The translations under genes and the position numbers were made by a program. 64,000 bases of DNA from Kofleriaceae bacterium (lineage in GTDB: Bacteria > Myxococcota_A > Polyangia > Haliangiales > Haliangiaceae), in the NCBI GenBank assembly GCA_965215005.1, contig CBDCCZ010000023.1, positions 32,001 through 96,000 of the forward strand. The letters run 5' to 3'. Below, in pieces: positions 41,082 to 49,921 of the stretch (the first letter of the stretch is position 1; every line of letters starts with the position of its first letter). Under the pieces are notes generated by a model. That model ran no database searches. It was not told the origin of the DNA and saw only the letters and a list, made by a program, of their open reading frames with translations.

Positions 41082-41346
41082 CGGCAGTTATCTCCGGCTG
41101 AATTCGCACGACGTCGCCGTCCACCACCTCCTGGGCCAGGAGCGTGGCCTCGTCAAGGAGCTGCATACCCAGGCGCCGATGGTGCAGCTTATAGCTCATG
41201 AGCTGGCCATCCGGTGCGTGCTTTGGCAATTGCAGCTTGTCCGCCAGCACATAGAGGATGCGCTCGACCTCGACGTCATCAGGAACTCTCACCGTGACCT
41301 TCTTGTTACCGGTGATGTCCCACACCATGAGATCCAAATCCGCCAC
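41071..41346 (-). CDS. Ubiquitin-like beta-grasp protein (EsaB/YukD-like)
   Basis: 91 aa; VRVPDDV.V..I...LADKLQLP...YKL......LLDEATL....VVDGDVVRIQPEITAG-VY. First gene of the E1/JAB/E2 operon. Confidence 0.88.
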   Translation of the reverse strand: MADLDLMVWDITGNKKVTVRVPDDVEVERILYVLADKLQLPKHAPDGQLMSYKLHHRRLGMQLLDEATLLAQEVVDGDVVRIQPEITAGVY

Positions 41347-41972
41347 GCGTCCTCCCTCGCTCGGTTCGGCGCCTCACCCGTAGAGGTGAGGCCCGTGTTT
41401 CTATCGCGATGATTCACAACTCTCTACGGAAAAGGTTGGCAAACCGCAGGCAGCATCCACCGTTGCCGCTACTGGTGCAGAACGTGTTCTAAGCAAACCA
41501 GCATGCGTATCGGCGCAGGTGCCGACGCGGTTTCCCACTATCGTCATAGTTGTTCACGGCGGAAGCCGTGACGCCCGGAACAGCAACATAACGAAGCCAA
41601 GGCACGCGTAACGCCGCCGAACGTTGCCGTCGTGTTCATCTCCGGCGCGCGCGCTTCGGCGACCGTCGACATGGAGTGGTTCACGAGAGGGGGCACTCAA
41701 GCCGGTGGCGCGACGGTTGCGACGCCGCTCAACCCAGCGACAGACCGTGCCACGTTCAAGTTGCCGTACGACCTTCAGGCGCGCTGTTCCGGCTGTTTCG
41801 AGTTGCGATGTTGGCGCCCTTCGGTCGGACTTCTCGCGGCCCGGCGGTTCGCGGTCCGGATGGGAGACGGTCGCGATGAAACCTGACATGAGGGTGTCAA
41901 AACGCGATGCGATGGTCGGTCTTGGCGCGACGGTGCGCCATCAAAACCATCAGACTTCAAGGAGAATTCGCG

Positions 41973-42590
41973 ATGAGTCTCACGTTCTATTACGCTCCCA
42001 TGTCCACCGCCTCAACCGTGCACTGGAGCCTCGAGGAGCTCGGCCTGCACTACGAAGCGGTTCGCGTCGACATCCAGAGCGACGCGGACAAAAAGCAGAA
42101 GCTCGGGCCGGTGAACCCAAACCTCAAGGTGCCGGTGTTGGTGCATGACGGGGTCGCTATTTTCGAGTCGGCTGCGATCCAGATCTATTTGGGCGAGACC
42201 TTTGGCGTGGACAAAGCTCTCTTCCCGGCGCCTGGGCCAAAGCGAGGCCAAGCACTCGGATGGCTGGTCTGGGCCAACGTAACGCTTGGCGAGGCGGTGG
42301 GCCGGTGGTTGCGCCACACGGGCGACACCGTCGATGCCGCCCTGCAGAACGCGCGCGCCGGCGAGGAAGCGCGCGGCGAGCTCGATCAGCTCGTGGCATT
42401 GCTCGAGGAGCAGCTCGGTGCCGATTACCTGCTCGGAAGCGGCCCGTCCCTGGTGGACTTCCACCTGGTTTCCTTCTGTCGGTGGATGGGGTACTGCGGC
42501 ATCGACGTCGCCGCATTCCCCAAGGTGCGGGCATGGATCGAGCGCTGCTCGGCGCGGCCCGCGAATCAGAAGCTCATGACGGCGGCTTAA
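41973..42590 (+). CDS. Glutathione S-transferase
   Basis: WSLEELG, NPNLKVPVL, IFESAAIQIYL, SLVD; AAGGAG RBS. Confidence 0.92.
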   Translation: MSLTFYYAPMSTASTVHWSLEELGLHYEAVRVDIQSDADKKQKLGPVNPNLKVPVLVHDGVAIFESAAIQIYLGETFGVDKALFPAPGPKRGQALGWLVWANVTLGEAVGRWLRHTGDTVDAALQNARAGEEARGELDQLVALLEEQLGADYLLGSGPSLVDFHLVSFCRWMGYCGIDVAAFPKVRAWIERCSARPANQKLMTAA

Positions 42591-43234
42591 CCGACCGGCT
42601 CGCGGCGCAGAAGCTGGGCGCGCGCGATGCGGTCGAGGCGAAAGTGGCGCCGCTCGCCACTGTCGAGGTCTTCGCCGTCGATGCGCGTCTCGTGTCGCTC
42701 CATGACGATCGTGCAGATGCGAATGCGCCGCTTGGTCTCAACGAAGTTGCCGTCGACATAGACAATGGCGAGCGGCTTCTGCTCGAACCAGGCCTGCTCG
42801 ATGGCTGAACGGACGCCCTCGGCGTAGGGCAACGCCGGCACGCCGAGAAAACTGAGCTCGTCGAGTCGGTTGAGTAGCTCGCGCTGCGCCGAGGTCGAGA
42901 GCGCGGCGCGAACCTTGTCGAGCGCTGTCGACAGGGTTGCCGTGAATGGCACGAGCCGCATCGTAATGGCGTGATTGCCGACGGCGATGAGGAGCGCCGC
43001 CTCACGCGCTGTAAAGTTAACCGGGGGCAGGCTGTAGTGTCGATCGAGGGCATAGCCGCCCCCGCGCCCGCGCTCGGCCGCCACCGGCAGCGCCGCCTCA
43101 CGCAAGGCATCGAGGTCGCGGTAGATCGTGCGAACCGTAACCCCGAAGCGCTCGGCGAGGGCTTCGGCAGTGACTCCGGTGCGCCGACCGCGAAGATACT
43201 CGGTGAGCGCGAAAAGCCGCTGTGTACGTCGCAT
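42587..43234 (-). CDS. YafY/PafC-like HTH-WYL transcriptional regulator
   Basis: TAEALAERFGVTVRTIYRDLDAL, GRGGGY, LPPVNFT..EA, RHFRLDRI. Confidence 0.9.
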   Translation of the reverse strand: MRRTQRLFALTEYLRGRRTGVTAEALAERFGVTVRTIYRDLDALREAALPVAAERGRGGGYALDRHYSLPPVNFTAREAALLIAVGNHAITMRLVPFTATLSTALDKVRAALSTSAQRELLNRLDELSFLGVPALPYAEGVRSAIEQAWFEQKPLAIVYVDGNFVETKRRIRICTIVMERHETRIDGEDLDSGERRHFRLDRIARAQLLRREPVG

Positions 43235-43404
43235 CGCTTGCATGCTGACGCAAACCTGACAGCGCTGCCAGCCCTGCGCGCTCGGATGGCGCCAGAACGC
43301 TTGCGATGCACGGTGAAGCTTCGTAATCAGCTCGCTTCACGGCGCACCATGGGCTGCATGGGTCGCGACAATCGTCGGCATCTCAGTGCTCCCAGAGCGC
43401 TGCA

Positions 43405-43586
43405 ATGCCGAAAGCAGGCAAGTACTTGCGCATCCTGCACCTAGCCGCGTCCACGATGGAGACCGATGTCGAGGCTGCGCTCATGGTGTTGCTCAAGGTC
43501 GACGAGGCGATCAGCAGCGACGCCGTCAAAGCACTCGTTGCGACCGTGACACCGCCATCGGTTCCGCAGATGGCGCCGCTCGGGCG
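43405..43586 (+). pseudogene. Probable IS21-family transposase (IstA) C-terminal remnant
   Basis: YLRILHLAASTMETDVEAALMVLL...DAVKALV...PPSVP resembles, from memory, the C-terminus of a group of IS21 transposases. No N-terminal part or istB is present. Confidence 0.55.
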
Positions 43587-43924
43587 CGAGTGACCTCGGG
43601 ATCGAATACGATCGGCATCTCGCTGGTCGGCACTCTTCGCGAGCCGAGCGTGGCAACCGTGCGCCGCGCCGCCTCTCTGCCCACCGACTCGGGAGCGTCG
43701 AGCGCTTCGAGGATGCGCCCGGTCGTCCACCAGTACCCATTGCGCTTCTTGCCGCCTTCGTCATCGCAGAGCGGCTCCACATATAACGAGCAGTAACTGC
43801 CGCGATACCCAACGACGAAGCCGGCGGTGTTGACGAAGGCGACGCTGCCGAGATTGCGTGAGAACGTGGCGCCTTCGGAGTTGCTGACCCTGGGATCGGA
43901 GGCGAACGCGGCCTTTTCGCCCGC
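43587..43924 (-). pseudogene. Duplicated internal fragment of tldE/pmbA
   Basis: Gap-free match to 47434-47771 with about 18 mismatches in 338 bp (manual count). Confidence 0.93.
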
Positions 43925-44126
43925 GCTGACGACCTTCAATCGGGCTCGCTGATGACCTTCAGTCGGGCTGATTGTTTGTGCGGACGATCCTCCGGCTTCG
44001 CACCAACGCCACAATAAATCTGTTGGTCGTTCGATCGATAGGCGTGCTGACGACCTTCGGTCGGGCTGTTCCGGGCTGTCTCGGTCTCGGCTGTCTCGCG
44101 CCGCCTGACGATCTTGGGGTCGGGCT
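43925..44126. repeat. Four imperfect ~22-bp direct repeats GCTGACGACCTTCRRTCGGGCT
   Basis: Copies at 43925, 43948, 44046 and 44104. Confidence 0.75.
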
Positions 44127-44214
44127 GTTTGATTCGGGCTATTCGGCTGTTTCGCTTGGTGCGCCGCGGCGCCGCGACCGCCCGAAGGCAGCCGCGGCAC
44201 GCGGAACTTCTAAT

Positions 44215-44373
44215 TCACTTCGTATGGCAAATGAGTCCGTAGGTGTTGCCACTACCTCCGGGGTGGATCCAGCCGCCGACCGCGTCCTGCATTTGCTCCT
44301 GGTCAAGTGGCTGGCTCAGCCATTTGACCGTCTCCCGGTCTAATTTGAGCTTTCGAATTGTTTGCTTCTTCAT
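44215..44373 (-). CDS. 52-aa RiPP-precursor-like peptide (MKKQTIRKLKLDRETVKWLSQPLDQEQMQDAVGG-WIHPGGSGNTYGLICHTK)
   Basis: AAGGGAG RBS; KLxLxRETV leader box; GG motif; Ser/Thr/Cys-containing core. Confidence 0.7.
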   Translation of the reverse strand: MKKQTIRKLKLDRETVKWLSQPLDQEQMQDAVGGWIHPGGSGNTYGLICHTK

Positions 44374-44634
44374 AACTACTCCCTTGTATGGGCGGATCAG
44401 CGCCCGTGTGTCGTTTTCAGTAGCACGATTGACTGCAGGGAAAGCAGGCAACTAACGAAACAGGTCGGCAGAGGTCGGCAGTCTTCGTTACGGTGTAAGA
44501 GTCCGGCAGCACCCAATAAAATTAACAGACTCCATTATGGCCTCGACGTAGGTTCCGACGAGGACCGCCGCCGCATCCGTCACGAGAATGGCGCGCAAAA
44601 TTTCCGATCAAGTCAGTCTCTATGGTTTATCTGT

Positions 44635-44678
44635 GCTTAACGTCAGCCCGGCAAGCGCTTAACGTCAGCCCGGCAAGC
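44635..44678. repeat. Perfect 22-bp tandem duplication
   Basis: GCTTAACGTCAGCCCGGCAAGC x2. Confidence 0.9.
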
Positions 44679-44695
44679 TGCGCATCGCGACGAAT

Positions 44696-44917
44696 CTCAC
44701 CAAAGAAGACGAGAGCATGACCGCTGCCGAGGCAAGGGCCAGCCAGCGGTGTGGCGTGGGCCCACCGAGTGCGCGGTGGCGGCGGTGCAACTGATGGGCG
44801 GCAGCGGCGAAATGCAGCAGGAGTATCGGGTCTATCTGCTCCTGCGCGATGCCGAGCTGTTGCAAATCGGCGGCGGCACTGATGGAACACGTCAACAACG
44901 CGCTGTCTGCTTGGCGA
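44696..44917 (+). pseudogene. Decayed duplicate of the acyl-CoA dehydrogenase 3' end
   Basis: Aligns to 33255-33484 with substitutions and indels; [34 protein letters not shown] versus [33 protein letters not shown]. Confidence 0.9.
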
Positions 44918-44954
44918 GTGAGACAGTGGCGCGCGTTGACGATACATTGCCCTC

Positions 44955-45467
44955 GTGCTCGGCAACATCTATCGAGAGTTTCGCGAGTTTGCGGTCCGCG
45001 GCAACGTCGTCGACATGGCGGTGGGAATCGTTATTGGTGCCGGCTTGGCGGCCATCGCCAAGTCCATCGTCGATAACCTGCTGATGCCTCCCGTCGGCCT
45101 CGCCACGGGCGGCGTGGACTTTCAGGACCTGTTCATCGTCATTGCCGATGGCAAGCCGGCAGCGCCCTACTCCACGCTCGCGGCTGCGCAAGCCGCGGGC
45201 GCGGTGACCATGAATTATGGGCTCGTCATCAATAGCATCCTAAGCTTCTTCTTGGTGGCGCTGGCGGCGTTCGTCCTGGTGCGCGGCGTGAACCGGCTGC
45301 GCCGGGAACAGAAGGATCCAACCACGCCACCGGTCGAGTCGCACTCACGGACGTGCCCCTTCTGCATCGCCGAGGTGGCCGAGGCGGCGACGCGTTGCGG
45401 GCACTGCACGTCAGAGCTGCCGCCGCGGTCCCAGACGGGTGCTGTGCTAGGCTCCGCCCCGCAATGA
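44955..45467 (+). CDS. mscL: Large-conductance mechanosensitive channel with C-terminal Zn ribbon
   Basis: EFREFAVRGNVVDMAVGIVIG, NYG..INSILSF; CPFC...CGHC tail. Confidence 0.93.
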   Translation: MLGNIYREFREFAVRGNVVDMAVGIVIGAGLAAIAKSIVDNLLMPPVGLATGGVDFQDLFIVIADGKPAAPYSTLAAAQAAGAVTMNYGLVINSILSFFLVALAAFVLVRGVNRLRREQKDPTTPPVESHSRTCPFCIAEVAEAATRCGHCTSELPPRSQTGAVLGSAPQ

Positions 45468-46300
45468 GCTCCTCTGGTGAATTCGAGCGCGAGCTCGCAG
45501 TGGCCGAGCAATTGGCGCGGGAGGCCGGCGCGCTGATCCTCAAGTATCGCGACGGCGACCTCGAGGTCGAGCGCAAAGCCGGCGATGAGCCGGTGACGGC
45601 CGCCGATCGCGCTTCCTCGGCGCTGATTGTCCGCGACCTCGCTCAAGCCTTCGCCGATGACGTCATCATCTCCGAAGAGAACAAAGACGATCTGCGACGC
45701 CTAGAGGCGCGTCGCACCTGGTACATCGACCCCATCGATGGCACCAAAGACTTCATCCGCGGCGAATCCGGGTTCTCGGTGATGATCGGATTGTGTGTCG
45801 ACCACCAACCCAAAGTGGGCGTGGTGTATCAGCCGATCGGTGACCGGATGTTTTGCGGCTCCGACGCTGGAGCGTTCTTCAACATCGGAAACGCGGCGTC
45901 CGAGCCACTTGTTGTCTCCGAGGTGGATAGCCTCAGCGAAGCACGGCTGGTGGCTTCCAAATCGCATCGCGACGAAACCATCGATAGGGTCAAGAGCGCT
46001 TTGGGAATTCAAGATGAGCTCAACATCGGCTCGGTCGGCCTCAAGCTCTCGCTCATCTCCTTGGCGGAGCGCGACCTCTACGTGAACCCGGCGCCGCATT
46101 GCAAGTCGTGGGATACCGCCGCGCCGCAGGCCATTCTCGAAGCAGCGGGCGGCACGATGACCGATCTCCACGGCAAGCCGCTGCGCTACGACGAGCGCGA
46201 CACGCTGCGCAGTCGCGGCATGGTGGCCTCGAATGGTCGCATTCATGGCGCCGTGATCAACAAGCTGCGGCCGCTGTTTCCCGAGGATCGAACCCGCTAG
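45464..46300 (+). CDS. cysQ: 3'(2'),5'-bisphosphate nucleotidase / inositol monophosphatase family
   Basis: PVTAAD, ISEE, IDPIDGTKDF, ASKSH, GSVGLK, WDTAA. Confidence 0.85.
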   Translation: MSSSGEFERELAVAEQLAREAGALILKYRDGDLEVERKAGDEPVTAADRASSALIVRDLAQAFADDVIISEENKDDLRRLEARRTWYIDPIDGTKDFIRGESGFSVMIGLCVDHQPKVGVVYQPIGDRMFCGSDAGAFFNIGNAASEPLVVSEVDSLSEARLVASKSHRDETIDRVKSALGIQDELNIGSVGLKLSLISLAERDLYVNPAPHCKSWDTAAPQAILEAAGGTMTDLHGKPLRYDERDTLRSRGMVASNGRIHGAVINKLRPLFPEDRTR

Positions 46301-46312
46301 AGAGGAGCTCGC

Positions 46313-46762
46313 TTGGCTACGCCGTCGGACTTGCGCCCTACCCACCAACTCGTGCTCTACGACGGCGTCTGCGGGCTGTGCAACCGGTTCGTCCAGTTCC
46401 TGCTGCCGCGCGATCGCCACGACCGACTGCGATTTGCATCGTTGCAGAGCAGCGTTGGCCGCGCGCTGCTCACGCGACACGGCCGCGATCCAGAGGCTCT
46501 CGACACTGTCTATTTGGTGGTCGAGCCGACGACAGAGCGCGAACGACTGCTCACCCGAGGCCGCGCGGCATTGGCGATCTTGCGCAGCCTCGGTGGCGGC
46601 TGGCGTGCTCTCGCGCTGTTTCGCATCGTCCCGACGGTGGTGCTCGATGCCCTCTACCGCTTCGTCGCGCGGAATCGCTACCGTTGGTTTGGCAAGCTCG
46701 ACGCGTGCCCGTTAGCAGCGCCCGAACAACGCGGCAAGTTCATCGTCGACGACGCCTCGTGA
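46313..46762 (+). CDS. DCC (DUF393) thiol-disulfide oxidoreductase family
   Basis: YDGVCGLC, FASLQS, YRFVARNRYRWFG. Confidence 0.9.
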   Translation: MATPSDLRPTHQLVLYDGVCGLCNRFVQFLLPRDRHDRLRFASLQSSVGRALLTRHGRDPEALDTVYLVVEPTTERERLLTRGRAALAILRSLGGGWRALALFRIVPTVVLDALYRFVARNRYRWFGKLDACPLAAPEQRGKFIVDDAS

Positions 46763-46814
46763 ACGCGTGGCACCCGGCGGCTCAGCCGCCGGATGTGAAC
46801 CTCGACGCGTACGC

Positions 46815-48176
46815 TCAGCTGCCGGCGATGGTCATGCGCGAGACGCGGAACGTCGGCGCAGCCGTGGAGCTGCGAAGCACCAGGTCATCGGCCACGGCGT
46901 CGATGCGGCCGAGCAAGTCGTCGAAGTTGGCCGAGATCGTCACCTCGCTCACGGGATAGCTGAGCTTGCCGTTTTCGATCCAGAAGCCCTGCGCACCACG
47001 CGAGAAATCGCCAGTGACCGGATTGAAGCCAAATCCCATCAGCGACGTGACGTAGAGCCCCTCGCCGGTGTCCGCAAGCAACGCCTCGCGCGTCATCGAG
47101 CCCTTTTCCATGATGAGGTTCGACGTGGTCGGGCTGGGATTGCCGCCGACTCCACGACCCGCGGAGCCGGTGGACTGGCGGCCGAGCTTGCGCGCGCTGT
47201 AGACGTCGCACATGACCGTCTCGAGGATGCCATTGGACACGATGGGATTGCGCCGCGTCGGCAATCCGTCGCCGTCGAACGGCCGCGAACCTGGGCCGCG
47301 CGGAATCAACGGGTCGTCGATGATGGTGACCAAATCAGACGCGATGGAAGTGCCTTCGCGGTCGACGAGATAGCTCGAGCGGCGATAGAACGACGCACCA
47401 TTGGCGACAGAGAAGATCATTCCAACGATGGCACGAGCGACCTCGGGATCGAAGACGATCGGCATCTCGCTGGTCGGCACTTTTCGCGAGCCGAGCGTTG
47501 CAACCGTGCGCCGCGCCGCCTCTCTGCCTACCGACTCGGGATCGTCGAGCGCTTCGAGAAATCGCCCGGCCGTCCACCAGTACCCATTGCGCTTCTTGCC
47601 GCCTTCGTCATCGCAGAGCGGCTCGACATATAACGAGCAGTAACTGCCGCGATACCCACCGACGAAGCCGGCGGTGTTGGCGAATGCGACGCTGCCAAGA
47701 TTGCGTGAGAACGTGGCGCCTTCGGAGTTGCTGACCCTCGGATCGAAAGCGAACGCGGCCTTTTCGCCCGCAATCGCGCGCCGCAGCCCCTCGGCGGCAT
47801 CCAGCGTCTGCACGCGCTCGTCGTAAAGATCAAGCTCGGGAAGCGTAGAAGCCATTTCGCTGGCGTCGGGAAGATGATTGAGCTCGTCGGGCTCCGACAG
47901 CGCCGCGAGCTTGACGCTCTCGCCGATAAACGCCTCGAGAGGCTCAGCGCGCATATCGGAGGTGTAGGTGACGGCGCGCCGCTGGTCCTTGAAGATTCGC
48001 AGACCCAGCGCGCGGCTTCCCGCCTCCTGAACCAGCTCGGGCTCGCCCATACGCACCTTGGCAGTGAGCTCGGTGCCATCACGCAGGAGCACCTCTGCGT
48101 CGTCGGCACCGGCGCGCCTAGCCATCTCGCAGGCACGTTGCGCGAGTCCGCTCAGCTCTTTGACGATGTCGCTCAT
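46815..48176 (-). CDS. tldE: TldE/PmbA protein
   Basis: IIDDP...GSRPFDGDG, GFNPVTGDFSRGAQGFWIENG..YPVSEVTI; lacks HExxxH; overlaps the tldD stop. Confidence 0.92.
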   Translation of the reverse strand: MSDIVKELSGLAQRACEMARRAGADDAEVLLRDGTELTAKVRMGEPELVQEAGSRALGLRIFKDQRRAVTYTSDMRAEPLEAFIGESVKLAALSEPDELNHLPDASEMASTLPELDLYDERVQTLDAAEGLRRAIAGEKAAFAFDPRVSNSEGATFSRNLGSVAFANTAGFVGGYRGSYCSLYVEPLCDDEGGKKRNGYWWTAGRFLEALDDPESVGREAARRTVATLGSRKVPTSEMPIVFDPEVARAIVGMIFSVANGASFYRRSSYLVDREGTSIASDLVTIIDDPLIPRGPGSRPFDGDGLPTRRNPIVSNGILETVMCDVYSARKLGRQSTGSAGRGVGGNPSPTTSNLIMEKGSMTREALLADTGEGLYVTSLMGFGFNPVTGDFSRGAQGFWIENGKLSYPVSEVTISANFDDLLGRIDAVADDLVLRSSTAAPTFRVSRMTIAGS

Positions 48177-49624
48177 GCTCGCTCCGTTCCGCCGACGGTG
48201 ATGCTCGAGATCTTTACCGTGGGCGTCCCAACGCCGACCGGCACCGACTGACCATCCTTGCCGCACGTCCAGATGCCGTCGGAAAGCTCATAGTCGGAGC
48301 CGAGCATCGTCACCCTGCGAAGCACCTCAGGACCGTTGCCGATCAAATTGACTCCCTTGAGCGGCGCGGTGAGCTTGCCATTCTCAATCAAGTAGCTCTC
48401 CGTTAGTGAGAAAACAAAATCTCCATTGGAGATGTTCACCTGGCCACCGGAGAACCGCTTGGCGAAGATCCCGCGCTCGACCGAGCGAATGATCTCTTCG
48501 GGGTCATGACTTCCCGGCCGCAAGCTGGTGTTGGTCATGCGCGGCATCGGCATCGAGCGAAATGACTGTCTGCGGCCATTGCCAGAGGCCTTGACGCCGA
48601 AGTGCCGCGACGACAACCGGTCGTGCATATAACCGACCAGCTTGCCGCCTTCGATGAGAACGTTCTCCCGGCCGGGATTGCCTTCATCATCAACGTTGAT
48701 GGAGCCACGCGAGTGCGAGAGAGTCCCATCGTCGACGACCGTGCACAGCTCAGAGGCAACCATCTGCCCGAGCTGATCGCTGTAGTTCGAGGTCTTCTTG
48801 CGATTGAAGTCGGCTTCGAGACCATGCCCCACCGCCTCGTGCAGCAAAATCCCCGAGTCGCCCGCGCCTAACACCACCGGCAGCTCGCCGGCCGGTGCTT
48901 CGCGGGCATCGAGCATGGCAACCGCGATGCGCACCGCTTCGCGTCCGTGCGACTCGGCGTCCCGCTTATCCGCTTCAAAGTACTCGAGACCGTAGCGCCC
49001 GCCGCCGCCGCTAGAGCCGGACTGACGCTTGCCGCCCTCTTCCGCCACAGCACGCACACCAAACCGAATGAGCGGCAGGCGATCGCGCACCAAGCTACCA
49101 TCAGAGGTAACCACGAGCGTCTCGCGCAGCTGCTCGCCAAACGAGGCTTCTACCTTGACCACCCGTGAGTCGGCGGCGCGGGCGGCGCGATCGGCGGCGC
49201 GCAGCAACGCAAGCTTCTGCTCGGGCGGCACCGCGATGGATACGTTGCCCACCGGATAGAAGTCCGGCACTCGAATCGGGTGAATCTCGACCGGCTGCAC
49301 CGAGCCGCCGCCGAGCGCGATCTGCCCCGCCGTGCGCGCGGCGTGGGCCATGCGATCGAAGGCCAGATCTTCGGCGTAGGCATAGCCAGTGGCATCGCCT
49401 TTGATGACGCGGACACCGAGGCCCATGGTGATGCCGCGGCCGACGGTCTTGATCTGTTCCTCTTCCAAGACGTAGTCGGCGCTGATGCGATATTCGAAGA
49501 ACAGGTCGGCGTAGTCGCCGCCGCGCTCGAGGGCGATCGAGAGCAAACGCTGCGCGATCGCAGCGTCCACTTCGGTTTCGCCTCCTGGCGCAAACGGCGC
49601 CAGATGGTCTGCGTTCGGGTTCAT
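48173..49624 (-). CDS. tldD: TldD metalloprotease
   Basis: GDYADLFFE, LHEAVGHGLEADFNRK, MPRMTNT, TCGKDGQSVPVGVG. Confidence 0.95.
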   Translation of the reverse strand: MNPNADHLAPFAPGGETEVDAAIAQRLLSIALERGGDYADLFFEYRISADYVLEEEQIKTVGRGITMGLGVRVIKGDATGYAYAEDLAFDRMAHAARTAGQIALGGGSVQPVEIHPIRVPDFYPVGNVSIAVPPEQKLALLRAADRAARAADSRVVKVEASFGEQLRETLVVTSDGSLVRDRLPLIRFGVRAVAEEGGKRQSGSSGGGGRYGLEYFEADKRDAESHGREAVRIAVAMLDAREAPAGELPVVLGAGDSGILLHEAVGHGLEADFNRKKTSNYSDQLGQMVASELCTVVDDGTLSHSRGSINVDDEGNPGRENVLIEGGKLVGYMHDRLSSRHFGVKASGNGRRQSFRSMPMPRMTNTSLRPGSHDPEEIIRSVERGIFAKRFSGGQVNISNGDFVFSLTESYLIENGKLTAPLKGVNLIGNGPEVLRRVTMLGSDYELSDGIWTCGKDGQSVPVGVGTPTVKISSITVGGTERA

Positions 49625-49921
49625 TGGGTTACCGTACCTTCCCCTATCAGAACGTCCACCGACGCGGCGCCGAACGTGCAAAGACGTTGGCGAACGGATC
49701 GGTGCAAGCGATGCGCACCGCGATGGTGACGAGTACCGAGAGCCGACGTCATGCTACTCGCTGCTGCTGACGTCCAGCTCACGGATTCGCGTGCAGTGGC
49801 CACGAGCCCACCACGGTACACCGCCGCGCCAAGCCGGTCGAGGCGCTGAATGCCTGCGCGACTCGATGCGGGCCCCACGGCCGAGGTGCACGCGAGAGGT
49901 GCGACGCTGTGTGCGCCGCGC

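Noticed and set aside
39843..41346. Thiamine/molybdopterin sulfur-carrier pair (ThiS/ThiF or MoaD/MoeB)
   Set aside because: No cofactor or cysteine synthesis genes nearby and no rhodanese domain, while E2 and RING genes are in the same operon.
41500..41890. Short ORFs between the Ubl gene and GST
   Set aside because: No recognisable motif or clear RBS; may be a gene remnant, but cannot be supported.
43526..44200. 224-aa ORF as a functional gene
   Set aside because: A chimera of repeat DNA, the tldE fragment and antisense IS remnant.
45340..45467. Zn-ribbon tail on MscL as a novelty
   Set aside because: CPxC...RCxxCTS tails occur in many MscL homologues to my knowledge.
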